The notes under the pieces: model-generated
The model's database searches: none
Told to the model about the DNA's origin: nothing
Seen by the model: only the letters and a program-made list of their open reading frames with translations
Position numbers and translations under genes: made by a program
Shown here: in pieces, positions 45,504-56,100 of the stretch
Position numbering within the stretch: position 1 is the first letter of the stretch
How the letters are laid out: each line of letters starts with the position of its first letter
Source: a virus
Length of the DNA: 64,000 nt
Reading direction: 5' to 3' (one strand)
IMG/VR virus record: IMGVR_UViG_3300013131_000024
Coordinates: 45,858 to 109,857 of that record

Positions 45504-46346
45504 ATGACAGACAAAGCAAAACTAGAAACGTTGGCCAATCTTCTTAAAGAAATATTATCAGAGGGTCAAACTATAGATTCTGCAGAATTTCCTTACGTTA
45601 TTATCAAAGGAGATATTGAGGGCAAGGGTATTCTATGGTCTGGACAAGGACATAACAAGCAATTTATTTTTGCAAATGACCCGGATAGATTCTTCATATC
45701 TGAAAATATTGATTTAAACAAAGGTAAATGTATATCTATCAATAACATTAAACTCATAGACGAAAAAGAATTAGGATCATCAATAACTAAAAGTAATTTA
45801 CGAGAAGTTGGTAGACTTAAAGGTCTGATTGTAGACGGAGGTTTGAGCGTTAATCAATATCTTGTTTACGATGCCAATACAGATAGATTAGGTATAGGCA
45901 CTGATCAACCAAAAGCATCTCTAAGTATAGTAGATCAAAATATAGAATTATTATTGGGTTCGTCTGAACCCAATGTAGCAGTAATAGGATCATATAATTT
46001 TGTAGATTTAGATCTTGTCACTGATAATACTCCTAGAATCAAAATCCAAGCAGGCGGAAATATAGTTTTAGGAAATGCATCGGCCGGTGATATAAAAGTT
46101 ACGGTGCTAGGAAAACTAGGTGTAAATGTATCTAATCCCGATCCACGAAGTGCATTACATGTTAATGGTGCTATTAAATTTAATGACAAATTGCATCTAA
46201 ATGGTAGAGAACCGCCTACGAGTGGTGCATTTAATGAGGGAGATATTGTTTGGAACACTGATCCGCAACCAAACAAGTTCGTTGGTTGGGTATGTACTAA
46301 ATCTGGAAATCCTGGTTTGTGGAATGGATTCGGAAGAATTGAATAA
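45504..46346 (+). CDS. virion structural / fibre-like protein (paralog of 44401)
   Basis: collinear similarity to upstream gene. Confidence 0.7.
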   Translation: MTDKAKLETLANLLKEILSEGQTIDSAEFPYVIIKGDIEGKGILWSGQGHNKQFIFANDPDRFFISENIDLNKGKCISINNIKLIDEKELGSSITKSNLREVGRLKGLIVDGGLSVNQYLVYDANTDRLGIGTDQPKASLSIVDQNIELLLGSSEPNVAVIGSYNFVDLDLVTDNTPRIKIQAGGNIVLGNASAGDIKVTVLGKLGVNVSNPDPRSALHVNGAIKFNDKLHLNGREPPTSGAFNEGDIVWNTDPQPNKFVGWVCTKSGNPGLWNGFGRIE

Positions 46347-46939
46347 TGCAGCATGTGTTGGTAGTAGGAAACGGAGAAAGTAGAAAAAATCTAAATATAA
46401 AAAACTTTACTCAAGACACCATAATAGGTTGCAATGCTTTACATAGAGACATAATTGTCGACCATTTAGTATGCTGCGATAGAAGAATGGTAGCAGAAGC
46501 TTTAGAAAATCCTCAAACAAAAAATACCAAAATATATGTAAGACACCATTGGTATCATTTTTTTAGAAAAATACAGAAGAATAAAAATATCAATCATCTT
46601 CCGCAAATACCGTATCAAGGAGAATATAAAAGAGATGATCCCGAACATTGGGGTAGTGGACCTTATGCAGTTCTGCTGGCTGCAACATTAGGGTTCCCAA
46701 ATATCGAAATGATAGGATTTGATTTATATTCTATAGATCATTCTGTGAATAACATATACAAAAATAGTTCTAATTATTCTAGAGAAAATTCACAACCTGT
46801 CGATCCTTGTTATTGGATATATCAAATATCGCAGATTTTTAAATATTATCCGGATTCGAAATTCATATTACGAAACCACTCGGCCTGGCAAATGCCGAAA
46901 GAATGGATAAAAAATAACGTAGAGTTTATTGCGTTATAA
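46346..46939 (+). CDS. hypothetical nucleotide-binding/transferase-like protein
   Basis: VVGNGESR, IGCNAL, WGSGPYA, MIGFDL. Confidence 0.6.
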   Translation: MQHVLVVGNGESRKNLNIKNFTQDTIIGCNALHRDIIVDHLVCCDRRMVAEALENPQTKNTKIYVRHHWYHFFRKIQKNKNINHLPQIPYQGEYKRDDPEHWGSGPYAVLLAATLGFPNIEMIGFDLYSIDHSVNNIYKNSSNYSRENSQPVDPCYWIYQISQIFKYYPDSKFILRNHSAWQMPKEWIKNNVEFIAL

Positions 46940-46957
46940 ATATTCTAGTAGTATAAT
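46929..46957 (+). promoter_or_regulatory. sigma70-type promoter (contains a TATAAATA late box)
   Basis: TTGCGT-17-TATAAT. Confidence 0.6.
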
Positions 46958-46964
46958 ATCTACA

Positions 46965-47048
46965 TAGAGGCCTTAAATGACGCTCACCCCTCTCTAAATA
47001 CTCTGCGTGTCATCAAACTTACTCGCTTATTTGTACAGGAGGCAAGAG
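46965..47048 (+). promoter_or_regulatory. candidate pseudoknot riboswitch in queD leader
   Basis: AGAGG/CCTCT and ATGACGC/GTGTCAT crossing helices; SD-sequestering hairpin. Confidence 0.5.
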
Positions 47049-47576
47049 ATGGCGAAATTCTATTCAACAAAAACTTACGGTAACGACAGAGGATTGTCCT
47101 GCTGTTTTAGGCAGTGGCGTGCCACACATAGCCATTGTTCAACCTTACATGGTTATTCGATCGGAATCAAACTGATTTTTGAGTGTGATACACTAGATGA
47201 TAAAAACTGGTGTATGGACTTTGGCGGTCTCAAAGAATTCAAAGCATGGGCCGATCATATGTTCGATCATACTTTGGTCATAGCAGAAGATGATCCAATG
47301 CTGGATCGATTCAAAGCAATGAGCGGTTGGAGTTCAAACCCAGAACATGACAACAATCCAGAACGTGTACAGATAGAACCATATCGCAGATCGGGTGTCT
47401 GTGATCTACGTATTGTTCCGGGAGTGGGCTGTGAGATGTTTGCTAAGATGTGTTTTGACAAAATGGCAGAACTACTAGCATCAGGAAATATGCGTTATCC
47501 GATCAATCCCAGTGTGCGTATTAAATCTGTGGAAGTGTTTGAACATGGTGCTAACTCAGCAATATATGAAGGATAA
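47049..47576 (+). CDS. queD: 6-pyruvoyl-tetrahydropterin synthase / QueD family
   Basis: CSTLHGYS, MDFGGLK, FDH, VEVFEHGANSA. Confidence 0.85.
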   Translation: MAKFYSTKTYGNDRGLSCCFRQWRATHSHCSTLHGYSIGIKLIFECDTLDDKNWCMDFGGLKEFKAWADHMFDHTLVIAEDDPMLDRFKAMSGWSSNPEHDNNPERVQIEPYRRSGVCDLRIVPGVGCEMFAKMCFDKMAELLASGNMRYPINPSVRIKSVEVFEHGANSAIYEG

Positions 47577-47597
47577 TATGTACTCATAAATAATTCT

Positions 47598-48428
47598 ATG
47601 CGTACATTTAATATCAATCAAATTAAGGTCAGCAATGAGAATAAATTTTTTCTCATTGCTGGTCCATGTCAAATAGAATCTCTAGATCATGCTCACGAAA
47701 CTGCTGGTCAAATAAAAGAAATCTGCGATATACTAGATATAGATTTAATTTACAAAAGTAGTTTTGACAAGGCAAATAGATCTAGTATCAATACTAAGAG
47801 AGGATGTGGTCTTGAAAAAGGACTTAAAATTCTATCTAGTATCAAGCAATCTATAGGGGTGCCCGTACTTACAGATATTCACGAAACATGGCAGGCCGAA
47901 TTGGTTGCCAGTGCAGGTATAGATGTTTTGCAGATTCCCGCATTTCTCTGCAGACAAACAGATTTATTATTAGCGGCCGGTGCCACAGGCAAAGCGGTCA
48001 ATGTTAAGAAAGGACAATTCTTAGCACCTCACGATATGAAAAATGTCGCAGAAAAAATTGCATCCACAGGCAACGAACGTGTGATGCTCTGTGAAAGAGG
48101 ATATACTCATGGATACAATAATCTTGTGGTCGACATGCGTAGTCTACCTATTATGGCACGCTCTGGTTATCCCGTGGTCTTTGATGCAACACATTCTGTG
48201 CAGCAACCTGGAGGTATGGGAACAACGTCAGGTGGAGATCGCGAAATGGTGCCCTACTTGGCGAGAGCTGCTGTAGCCACAGGCTGTGTAGCCGGAATAT
48301 TTATGGAAGTCCATGAAGACCCCGATTCAGCTCCCAGCGATGGACCTAATATGATTAAAATTAACAACCTTAGATCCGTTTTAGAAGATTTGGTAGCTAT
48401 AGATGGAATTGTCAAAAGAAGAACGTAA
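47598..48428 (+). CDS. kdsA: KDO 8-phosphate synthase
   Basis: [40 protein letters not shown]. Confidence 0.95.
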   Translation: MRTFNINQIKVSNENKFFLIAGPCQIESLDHAHETAGQIKEICDILDIDLIYKSSFDKANRSSINTKRGCGLEKGLKILSSIKQSIGVPVLTDIHETWQAELVASAGIDVLQIPAFLCRQTDLLLAAGATGKAVNVKKGQFLAPHDMKNVAEKIASTGNERVMLCERGYTHGYNNLVVDMRSLPIMARSGYPVVFDATHSVQQPGGMGTTSGGDREMVPYLARAAVATGCVAGIFMEVHEDPDSAPSDGPNMIKINNLRSVLEDLVAIDGIVKRRT

Positions 48429-49197
48429 GCGTCTCAAACAAGAGGCCAAAGCCGCTAAATTAAATCGTTTGGCGGAAAGGGAAACAAATCCCATTGCCGG
48501 AAACTTAACGGTACTGTGTGTTAGATTTGGTCAAAAATATGGAAGAGAATATGTAGAAAAGTTAAGGAATATGGTAGACAGACATCTTACTATTCCTTAT
48601 GAATTTGTTTGCTTAACAGACGACCAGCATTCTATTTCGGGAGTTAGAAGCATACATCAAGCCAATGCCAATTATCAAAAAGGTTGGTGGCACAAGGTAC
48701 ATATGTTTGATCCAAAATTACCATTGTCAGGAAGAATTTTGTATTTTGATCTCGATGTAGTCATTCATAACAACATAGATAAACTTGCTTCATTTCAAAT
48801 AGATCATTTTATAGGTATACATGATTTTAATAGAAAATTTCATCCCACGTGGAAGTATTTGAATAGTTCTGTGTTAGCATGGACTCATGGTACACAGAAT
48901 CATATATACGATCAATTTAAAGAAAAGCCAACAGAAGCTATGCGAATGCAGGGAGATCAAGATTGGATATGGAAGCTATCTGCAAATCGAATAAAGTTTT
49001 GGCCTAGAGAATGGATTCAAAGTTATAAATGGGAAATTCGCAGTCGAGAAGAATTACATCTAATAAACGGAAAAAGACAATTCAAAGAAGTAAAAGACAA
49101 AGTAAATGTGCCTACAGATTGTTCGGTGATCGTTTTTCATGGTGAACCAAATCCTTGCGAAGTTAAGGACAAATTTGTCATTGACAATTGGTGCTAA
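48403..49197 (+). CDS. glycosyltransferase-like protein (GT-A)
   Basis: GWWHK, YFDLDVV, NSSV, GDQDW, VFHGEP. Confidence 0.75.
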   Translation: MELSKEERKRLKQEAKAAKLNRLAERETNPIAGNLTVLCVRFGQKYGREYVEKLRNMVDRHLTIPYEFVCLTDDQHSISGVRSIHQANANYQKGWWHKVHMFDPKLPLSGRILYFDLDVVIHNNIDKLASFQIDHFIGIHDFNRKFHPTWKYLNSSVLAWTHGTQNHIYDQFKEKPTEAMRMQGDQDWIWKLSANRIKFWPREWIQSYKWEIRSREELHLINGKRQFKEVKDKVNVPTDCSVIVFHGEPNPCEVKDKFVIDNWC

Positions 49198-49209
49198 TTC
49201 TTGTATAAT
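49181..49209 (+). promoter_or_regulatory. sigma70 consensus promoter (leaderless uvsE)
   Basis: TTGACA-17-TATAAT, 6 nt before ATG. Confidence 0.8.
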
Positions 49210-49215
49210 AAAAGT

Positions 49216-50241
49216 ATGACTAAACGTATAGGCTTCGCTTGCAAATGGATCGACCGTCCCGATCAGGTCGATGGGATTAAATCCAAAGACGACTGTAAAA
49301 AATACAATACAGGTTCTACTACCGTAGCTTGGTTAAATAGACAGACTAAGGAAGTGGCCGTAGAAAAGCTCTGGACATTAATGGAGCAAAATATCGAATC
49401 GTGCCGCTTACTTGTAGAACGAGTAGGAGCATTAGATGAAAATCTTAGAATGGTACGACTCAGTAGCGATATTCTTCCTGTATACACTGAGCCTAATTGG
49501 AGCTGGTTTTGGAGGACTGCTGACGTCAGAGCTGAAGCAGAAAAAAGATTTAGACAAGTCGGAGGTTTGGCTCGCTCGCGTAATGTTCGGCTCAGTTTTC
49601 ATCCTGGGCAGTTTTGCGTGTTGGCATCTGATAACCCTGATATTGTCAACAGAAGTATAGAGGAATTTGAATATCATGTGGACATGGCTCGCTGGATGGG
49701 ATATGGTCAAACGTTTCAAGACTTTAAGATCAATGTTCACATCGCAGGCAGACAAGGCCCAATGGGAATCGTTGCTGCGCTGGCTCGCATGACTCCCGAA
49801 GCCCGCAACACATTAACCATCGAGAACGACGAAATTTCATGGGGCACTGATGCTAGTCTGGAACTGATAGAGCACTGTGCTCTGGTATTAGACATACACC
49901 ATCATTGGATACACACAGGAGAATATATTGAAGCGACTGATGACCGTGTTAAAAGGATTATTGACAGTTGGCGCGGTGTGCGTCCTGTCATACATTATAG
50001 TGTTTCACGGAAAGAGCATCTTACTAATCATTCCGGATACCAACGCCCCGATCTTCGGACGCTATTAGAAAGCGGACACAAAAAAGCAAAACTCAGAGCA
50101 CATTCTAATTACTACTGGAACACAGCAGTGAATGAATGGGCACTGAGTCATTGGGAATGGGCCGATATCATGGCAGAAAGTAAAGCAAAAAATCTTGCTT
50201 CGTTTGCGTTATACGAAGAAGCTAAAAGATTAGGCCTTTGA
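49216..50241 (+). CDS. uvsE: UV DNA damage endonuclease (UvsE/UVDE)
   Basis: RIGFAC, RLSSD, RLSFHPGQF, IENDE, LDIHHH. Confidence 0.9.
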   Translation: MTKRIGFACKWIDRPDQVDGIKSKDDCKKYNTGSTTVAWLNRQTKEVAVEKLWTLMEQNIESCRLLVERVGALDENLRMVRLSSDILPVYTEPNWSWFWRTADVRAEAEKRFRQVGGLARSRNVRLSFHPGQFCVLASDNPDIVNRSIEEFEYHVDMARWMGYGQTFQDFKINVHIAGRQGPMGIVAALARMTPEARNTLTIENDEISWGTDASLELIEHCALVLDIHHHWIHTGEYIEATDDRVKRIIDSWRGVRPVIHYSVSRKEHLTNHSGYQRPDLRTLLESGHKKAKLRAHSNYYWNTAVNEWALSHWEWADIMAESKAKNLASFALYEEAKRLGL

Positions 50242-50535
50242 TTTTGGCTTGCGACCTGTTGCTTTCTTAACAGTTTCTTTGGCCTTGGTAGCTGCTTTTT
50301 TAGCACCTGCCTTGGCTTTTTCTTTAACTGCTACAGCATCGGCAGCATCAACCTTACCGTCCTTGTTGACATCTGCGGTTTCTTGCACACCACAGACTAC
50401 ATTTTGGACAGCAGCCTTAACATCAGCAGAGTCTACTTTACCATCATTGTTTACATCTAGTCCTTTAGAACTACGATTATAATAAATGAAAGCACCAATT
50501 ACCACTGCTGCGATTGCTAAAAGTACGATTTCCAT
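50230..50535 (-). CDS. small membrane-anchored protein with two EF-hand/dockerin-like loops
   Basis: N-terminal TM; DVNNDGKVDSAD and DVNKDGKVDAAD; Lys/Ala tail. Confidence 0.75.
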   Translation of the reverse strand: MEIVLLAIAAVVIGAFIYYNRSSKGLDVNNDGKVDSADVKAAVQNVVCGVQETADVNKDGKVDAADAVAVKEKAKAGAKKAATKAKETVKKATGRKPKSKA

Positions 50536-50577
50536 AGGTTTTTCTCCTTGTGGTTTATTTATACGGTAAATACTGAT

Positions 50578-51135
50578 ATGCTACATTTTATAAAAAGTTT
50601 AACTGAAAACACAGATCGTAGAGAAATCTATCAGGACAAATTAAAGTTCGCTAAAACCGAATTAGAGCCTGTGATGAGCGAAGCTACCATCAAATATCAT
50701 TATGATGGACTAGCAGCAAAATACTCAGAGAGATACAATAAGGGAGAAGGTGATGCAGATTTTAACTATGGTGGCGCTGTTCTACACAATCTATTTTTTA
50801 GCAATTTGGCCCCTCCCAGAGCTGCGAACAAACCCGAGGGGCTCAGTAAGACTGTAATAGATGATGTTTACCAAAGTTTTGATAAGTTTAAAGAAGCAGT
50901 GGAGAAAGAGTTCATGGCCGCTCAAGGATCCAATTGGATCTATATGGATACCTCCGGCGAACTGCACACGATACATAATCACGAATATAAAAAGACCATG
51001 AAGATTGCTCTGTTGATCGATGCTTGGGAACACTCGTGGGCCCTGGATTATCAACAGGACAAAGCCAAATACCTTAACAATATTTGGCGTATCATCAACT
51101 GGGACGTTGTTGATATCCGTTTACAAGGAGCGTAA
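50578..51135 (+). CDS. Fe/Mn superoxide dismutase-like protein
   Basis: LEPVMSEATIKYHY, LHNLFF, DAWEH. Confidence 0.8.
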   Translation: MLHFIKSLTENTDRREIYQDKLKFAKTELEPVMSEATIKYHYDGLAAKYSERYNKGEGDADFNYGGAVLHNLFFSNLAPPRAANKPEGLSKTVIDDVYQSFDKFKEAVEKEFMAAQGSNWIYMDTSGELHTIHNHEYKKTMKIALLIDAWEHSWALDYQQDKAKYLNNIWRIINWDVVDIRLQGA

Positions 51136-51136
51136 A

Positions 51137-51256
51137 ATGTTAGATACATTATTTTGGGTAGCAGTAGGTGCATTCGTTGGTTGGAATTTTCCGCAGCCTT
51201 TCTGGGCTAAGATCATCCAGGAAAAGATCCAAACTATGTTAAGTAAAAAATCTTAA
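51137..51256 (+). CDS. 39 aa membrane peptide
   Basis: AAGGAG SD; MLDTLFWVAVGAFVGWNFPQP. Confidence 0.7.
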   Translation: MLDTLFWVAVGAFVGWNFPQPFWAKIIQEKIQTMLSKKS

Positions 51257-51267
51257 GGAGAAATCAT

Positions 51268-51647
51268 ATGGCATACAGTGGGGCTGTTTTAGATCATTAT
51301 GAAAATCCTAGAAATGTTGGATCATTTGATAAAAATGATCCTACTGTAGGAACTGGGCTCGTGGGAGCACCAGCATGCGGGGATGTTCTCAAACTGCAAA
51401 TCAAAGTCAACGACGAAACGGGTATTATCGAAGATGCCAAGTTTAAGACCTATGGTTGTGGTAGTGCGATTGCAAGCAGCAGTTTGGTTACTACTTGGTT
51501 GAAAGGAAAAAGTCTCGACGAGGCAGAAGCGATTAAAAATAGTGAAATCGCTGAAGAATTAGCCTTGCCGCCGGTAAAATCCATTGCTCTATATTAGCAG
51601 AGGACGCGATAAAGGCTGCGATCGCTGATTATAAAAATAAAAAATAA
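51268..51647 (+). CDS. iscU: Fe-S scaffold IscU, with a 1-nt frameshift at 51576-51579
   Basis: DHYENPRNVG, GAPACGD, GCGSAIAS, LPPVK; IHCSILAEDAIKAAIADYK continues in the -1 frame. Confidence 0.9.
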
Positions 51648-51725
51648 TTAGCTCCTAATATAGAGTGTAAAGCCAAAAATACCCCCTGTAAAAGTTTATT
51701 AGATAAATAATTATAGGGGGTAATC

Positions 51726-52454
51726 ATGAGTAAATGTGAGATATGCGAAAAAGAGTTTGTTCCTAAAAATGAAAGGAAACCATCTCGTACCTGTTCTAAA
51801 GAGTGTAAAAATGAACTAGCTAGAAGGAATACTATAAATCAATTTAGCGATCCTGCCGCAAGAGAAATACAAAGACAAAAAAGCCTAGCTCAGAAAAAAA
51901 ATCCTGAATATCAAAAAAAAGTAAAACGTGCGATGAAGGCCAGAACAGAAAGATGGGATAAACAAGGTCATCCTAGGCTAGGCATAAAACATCCAGAAAC
52001 GGCTAAAGAAAAAATAGGAAAAGCAAATAAAGGAAGATTTAAAGGAAAAACCTGGGAAGAAATATATGGCAAAGACATCGCTGCTAGAAGAAGATTAGAA
52101 AATTCTCTTTCAATGTCAAAAAAGAATGAAGTACTTTTAAAAGAAAAAAGAAGCAGTTTAGAAGAAAAAATTTTACCCTATCTAAATGATTATGAAAACA
52201 ATATACAAATAAGTTATTACAATGTAGATTTTCTAAATAGAGAAACCAATCATATAATAGAAATACACGGAGATTATTGGCACTGCAATCCAAAAATTTA
52301 TCCGGATGATTTTGTTCATCCATATTTTAAAATGACAGCTAAAGAAAGAAGAAATTTAGATCATCAAAGAAAACAATACCTCGAATCTTTAGGATATACA
52401 TTAACAATAGTATGGGAAAGTGATCTAGAAGAATTTATAGGAACACTGACATGA
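51726..52454 (+). CDS. putative homing endonuclease (NUMOD3-like + Vsr/DUF559-like nuclease)
   Basis: CxxC..CSKEC, KHPETAKEKIG, VDF...IEIHGDYWH...IVWE. Confidence 0.8.
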   Translation: MSKCEICEKEFVPKNERKPSRTCSKECKNELARRNTINQFSDPAAREIQRQKSLAQKKNPEYQKKVKRAMKARTERWDKQGHPRLGIKHPETAKEKIGKANKGRFKGKTWEEIYGKDIAARRRLENSLSMSKKNEVLLKEKRSSLEEKILPYLNDYENNIQISYYNVDFLNRETNHIIEIHGDYWHCNPKIYPDDFVHPYFKMTAKERRNLDHQRKQYLESLGYTLTIVWESDLEEFIGTLT

Positions 52455-52771
52455 TATCTCTAACACCATTAGCAGCTGATAAAGTAAAATCTCACCTAAA
52501 GCATAGAGGTAAAGGCTACGGAATTAAAATCGGTGTTAAAACTACCGGTTGTTCCGGACTTGCCTATACTTTAGAATACGTTGACGATCCTATGCAAGAA
52601 GATTTAAGTTTTGTCAGCGAGGGGGTACACATATTTGTAGATCCCAAAGCCATGCCCTATTTAGAAGGATTAACCATGGATTGGACCAAAAAAGGTCTCA
52701 ACGAAGGATTCGATTTTATCAATCCCAACGAACGTGATCGTTGCGGGTGTGGAGAAAGTTTTAGAATTTAG
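52451..52771 (+). CDS. iscA: Fe-S cluster assembly protein IscA
   Basis: GCSGLAY; CGCGESF. Confidence 0.95.
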   Translation: MISLTPLAADKVKSHLKHRGKGYGIKIGVKTTGCSGLAYTLEYVDDPMQEDLSFVSEGVHIFVDPKAMPYLEGLTMDWTKKGLNEGFDFINPNERDRCGCGESFRI

Positions 52772-53048
52772 ATATTGGTAAATCTAAGCTAGCAGGCATA
52801 TCCCATATCTTCTTGCGCTCAACTCCTTTGCGTTGGGCGAATTTTTTTGCATCGCAATTAGAACAACAATGAAAATAATTGTTGTTTAATCTCTTACTAT
52901 GTATCTTTTTTAGTTCCCTTTTGAAAGTATCGTCGCAATTATCACATCTTAAAACAGCCAGTGTCTTTTTCCTTTTATAATTATGTTCAACACCAAGTTT
53001 GCTTAAACGAACATAATTTATAATTTCTATTTCTGTAGTTAAGAACAT
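52761..53048 (-). CDS. hypothetical zinc-binding protein
   Basis: CDNC...CCSNC; TAAATA 5 nt before ATG. Confidence 0.7.
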   Translation of the reverse strand: MFLTTEIEIINYVRLSKLGVEHNYKRKKTLAVLRCDNCDDTFKRELKKIHSKRLNNNYFHCCSNCDAKKFAQRKGVERKKIWDMPASLDLPISKF

Positions 53049-53120
53049 AAATGTATTTACATTAGGCTTATAAAATTTTGGGCTAAATACGTTAGCATTC
53101 GCTAATTTAGGATTAAAAAC

Positions 53121-56100
53121 ATGGCACGTAAAATTGTTGATATAGGATCCATAGGAAATGATGGTACTGGTGATAGTATCAGGGATTCGTTTAGGAAGGT
53201 AAATGATAACTTTCGTGAACTATATAGTTCACTAGGTTTAGGGGAAAATCTTACATTTGTAGGCTTAGATGACTCTCCCGACTCATATGTAGGTCAAAAT
53301 GATCCGGCCACGGGAAATACACCTTTATTGACCATTAATAATACCGAATCCGGTTTAGCTTTCAAAAAATTAGTTCCAGGAAATGGTATCAGTATAGATT
53401 TCATATCGAACCCAAGTGAAATAACAATAAATTCCGATTTCGCTGAAATTTCTGCAGACGAAACACCGCAATTGGGCGGCGATTTATCGATGAGATCCGG
53501 GGGTAATCAATTTAGAATCTATGATGCTGGTACTACGATTTCTCCGCTTTTACCGATATATAGACACGAGTTAGTAAACAAATCTTATGCTGATACTAAG
53601 ATAAGCAAGGCGGGTGCTAATGCTATAAATCCAGAAACCAATCAGCAAGATGCATCCTTTGGACGTATGAGCGGTCCGTTGATATTAGCTAGAGATCCGG
53701 AACCGGATGATGACATAACTTACGGTGGTTTAGTAGCCGCAACTAAAAGATACGTTGACAATGCTGCATTTGGCTCCAGCAGTAATTTATTTGTTGCATT
53801 AACTGGAGAAGATGATCGGATAGGAGTTTCAAAAGCATTACAAGGTCGTGCTTTGGCATATGCTTATAGAACATTAGAAGCAGCATTGAAACGTGCAGAA
53901 GAATTAGTAAACGAAGCGCCTGTACAAATTGGTCCATACAAAAAAGTACTGACATACAATAACGGAGCAGGGATTTGTACTTTAGATAATATTGATCCGT
54001 CCCCATCATCCGGTGCTGGTTTTAGTGGTACTATACGAATGAGTGTAGACACTGCAACTTTGAGTACGATAGGCACGAACTATTATCCTGGAGATGTCTT
54101 GACGATAGCAGGTGGATCAGGAGCTGGCCAATGTATTATCGAAGTATTATCTACTCTCACAACTCCTGGCTCAATATTAACCTACAGAATAGTCAGTACA
54201 GGTTCTTATACTTCCTTGCCCGGAGCTGTGAATGTCACTACAACTATAACCACTTCAGCGGCACCTGCCGGAGTAGGTGCGATAGGCGTAAACGCTAAAT
54301 TCAATTTAACTTATAAAGTTAATTCTGTATCTATTACAAATGGCGGTTCAGGTTATTCATTAGTTTCGGTAAGGATTATAGGTGGTGGAGGCACAGGAGC
54401 ATTTGGTACTGCTGTTGTAACTGGTGGGGTAATTACCAGTATTACCATAGACGACCAGGGGTCTGGATTCACAAGTTTTCCAACTCTAGATGTAAATCTT
54501 CCAAGATTTTTCATTAAGACAGAAGGATATAGAACTGACTTCACTGGAGATGTTACTACAAATACAGCCGAAGCGATCAGAGGTAGAGATCTAAGAGAAG
54601 GTCTACATCTAAGAGGTGAAACTTCAGGAGCCTTGGCACAAATATTGGCTCATTCTGGAGCGTTGGACAGCGAAGGTAGAGAAATATTTGATGTTGATAT
54701 TAAATTTGGTGTATTCCAAGAAGGTGAAACGATATCATATGGAGACATCAGCAAAGACATACAGATATCGATATTAGTTGAATCTGGAGAATATTACGAA
54801 AACTATCCTCTCAAGGTGCCAACAAATTGTTCGATCGTGGGAGATGAATTCCGTAGAGTTATTTTTAGACCTAAGGTAGGAACTTCTAGTTCTCCATGGG
54901 CCTTCCAAAAATTCAGAAGAGATACTGAAATTGACGGATTGACGACCGCGACGCAGCTATATGGATATCACTACTTACAAGATTCATCGCAACCGATATA
55001 CCCTAAAATAAACAATAAAGGTGCATATAAATCTGCGGCAGCACTACTAGATCTTAATCGTAGTTTTCTTCAAGAAGAAATCATAGCATGGATGGATTAT
55101 AACATTTTAAATGCTGTGGCTCCATTCTCGGCTAGTTTTCAATATAATTCAACTTTATGTAGACGAGATGTAGGATTGCTAGTAGATGCATTTGTATTCG
55201 ATTTAAAATATGGCAGTTATAATCGAACTATTTCTGCCGGTTTAAAGTATTACGAAAGTCAAAGTGCATTAATAGCCATAACTTCACAACTGAGTCAATA
55301 TCTAGCTGTACTGACACATCTAGAAGATCTGATGCAAGATGTCATAGATAACAATGAGGTAGTAGATAACAAACAAGATGCATTCCCTCAGATAATCGAT
55401 CTAGCTTATACATCCGAATTAGGATCTGACAGTGTTATCACAGCTCTTATCACAACATTGAAAGATGTTATCGACGGCTCTGGATCTGTAAATTATCCTA
55501 AAGAAAATCAAGATATGGATGTGTTCTTAGCCAATGACGCTGTAAGATGGCAAGCTATATCTGCCATAGGTCATGGTGGATTTATGGCTGTGTTAGATCC
55601 AGAAGGTCAGATACTTTCTCGTTCACCTTACTTTCAAGAATGTGCCAGCTTTTCTAGAAGCAAAGATGTGCAGGTATTTGCAGGAGGAATGTTAGTTGAC
55701 GGGTTCGCAGGCAATCTTGAATTCGTTATTGATACAGTTGTAAACCCTACAAGATTAGAAGTCAGTGGTCTAGACAGATTTCCACAACTTCCTTGTTCTT
55801 TTATAGTTGCTGACAGTGTTTATAGAATTAATTATATCAGAGACTTTGTGTATAATCCTAATGGGTCTATAGCAACCTTCGTTCTAGATGAAACCACACC
55901 CTGGCCGTATCCAGTATTTGTTTATGATCCAGCAGCGTGTTTTAGAGACGTAGGTTTAATATTAGATGGTTTAGGATATGACATCGTATTTGGAACCAAC
56001 TATTGGACTAGACAAAACGGTATCACATATCGATTAGCACAATCGGCGGTGGTTATTGAAGATCAGAGAGCCATCACTTTAGAGGCCATTGGATATGCAC

